From contig CAYVNG010000002.1 of NCBI GenBank assembly GCA_964452875.1, forward strand, positions 1,459 through 65,458: DNA of 64,000 nucleotides. The letters run 5' to 3'. Position numbers and translations under genes: made by a program. Shown piece after piece: positions 63,415 through 64,000 of the stretch (positions are counted from its first letter, which is position 1; every line of letters starts with the position of its first letter). Source of the stretch: an uncultured Candidatus Saccharibacteria bacterium. GTDB taxonomy: Bacteria; Patescibacteriota; Minisyncoccia; Minisyncoccales; CAYVNG01. Under the pieces are notes generated by a model that was given only the letters and a program-made list of their open reading frames with translations, ran no database searches and was not told where the DNA came from.

Positions 63415-63531
63415 GATTTTTTAAAATTAAATTATTTTTCAGATGACCTTTCAAGAATATCGCTGAACGTTTTCTTCGCATCTAATTTTACCACTTCTCA
63501 CTCTTTTTTGAAACCTTTTTTCCGCGCGCCT

Positions 63532-64000
63532 TTATTCGGTACCTACAAGAATATTCCCGCATACAGCTTCCGCTTCCTCTACGGCTGACAGAACGTCGTC
63601 TATCTCCGGCTCGACAGCAATGAGCTTGCCCCCGTTTTCAAGGGTCAGGGTAACGACCCTGTCGTGCGTTTGGAAAACTTTTTCGACGGCGCAGTCGCCG
63701 ATGGCGATCAAAGCCATCTCCCAGGTGCTGTCCGTTTCCTGGATAAAGGTCCTATTGTCGGGCGTCGAACACTGGGGCGGATTCGATTCCATTACGGAAA
63801 ATCCGGCAGCCACGCATTCGTCAAAACTATTGATCTCGCTGAGCAGCTGCTGGCATCTTTCACGGCTCGCTGTGTCGCTTTTGGGCAGGCAGTCTCGGAG
63901 CTGGGATGCAATGTCGCTGTCTATGTATTCTCCCAGAACCGCTCCGGTTATCAGCCATTTGTCTCCAAAATCGCTCACCGACAGTTTTATATCCCTTCTT
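63532..64000 (-). CDS. Hypothetical protein carrying the same small Cys module as the 59061-59585 protein (N-terminus probably beyond the right edge)
   Basis: The track ORF starts at GTG 63978, but the frame stays open to 64000. Contains FDECVAAGFSVMESNPPQCSTPDN. Confidence 0.5.
   Translation of the reverse strand, partial: RRDIKLSVSDFGDKWLITGAVLGEYIDSDIASQLRDCLPKSDTASRERCQQLLSEINSFDECVAAGFSVMESNPPQCSTPDNRTFIQETDSTWEMALIAIGDCAVEKVFQTHDRVVTLTLENGGKLIAVEPEIDDVLSAVEEAEAVCGNILVGTE

Noticed and set aside
1-64000. Alternative genetic code (UGA recoded, as in some CPR lineages).
   Set aside because: Several well-defined genes end at TGA with correct lengths, for example rplX, rplW, the ferredoxin and the GerMN gene. 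No conserved protein needs read-through.

Overview
This window looks like a streamlined, strongly strand-biased bacterial genome of the Patescibacteria/CPR type. That placement is an inference from gene content: there is no L30 gene between S5 and L15, the acetyl-CoA synthetase is a split ADP-forming type, the phosphoglycerate mutase is archaeal-type, and many proteins are small zinc-ribbon, pilin-like or secreted. TGA is used as a stop codon, so the code is standard.

From position 1 to about 38.6 kb every gene is on the minus strand. This stretch carries the str, S10, spc and alpha ribosomal-protein operons: rpsL-rpsG-fusA-[small ORF]-tuf-rpsJ ... rplO-secY-adk-map ... infA-rpmJ-rpsM-rpsK-rpsD-rpoA. 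A ~19 kb block sits between map and infA. It holds lower-glycolysis and pyruvate genes (ppsA, ppdK, acdAB, gap, apgM, eno, tpiA), redox genes (glutaredoxin-like, DsbA-like, trxB), and ftsZ, mnmA, galT and a GT2 gene.

The 38.6-49 kb stretch carries housekeeping genes: rpmB and tRNA-Pro(GGG) on the plus strand, ndk, a ComEC-type MBL domain gene, a ZIP transporter, UDG4, SufBD/SufC, def, uppP, mltG, a ferredoxin, an EncFtn-like ferritin and prmC. The 49-64 kb stretch is accessory-like, with a pilin, a CYTH protein, GerMN/Gmad2/DUF192/SdpI-type envelope proteins, an RRM RNA-binding protein, an XRE+DUF2178 pair and several unknowns.

I translated six CDS by hand that the ORF track does not list: partial rpoA (no stop in the window) and five shorter than 60 aa (rpmJ, rpmC, a ferredoxin, a DUF5679-like zinc ribbon, a 52-aa TM peptide). 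I found no CRISPR array, integrase, transposase, rRNA or recognisable defence system.

The candidates most worth a second look are:
- Two promoter-to-terminator units with no convincing ORF: a rod-like ~170-nt RNA downstream of ndk, and a ~170-nt leader or sRNA behind a perfect consensus promoter.
- A stand-alone phosphohistidine swivel-domain operon, which lies directly downstream of the second unit.
- A run of three monocistronic Cys-rich small-protein genes at 61.2-62.6 kb.
- Alternative structures in the 5' UTR of the RRM gene.

None of these can be assigned a function from sequence alone.
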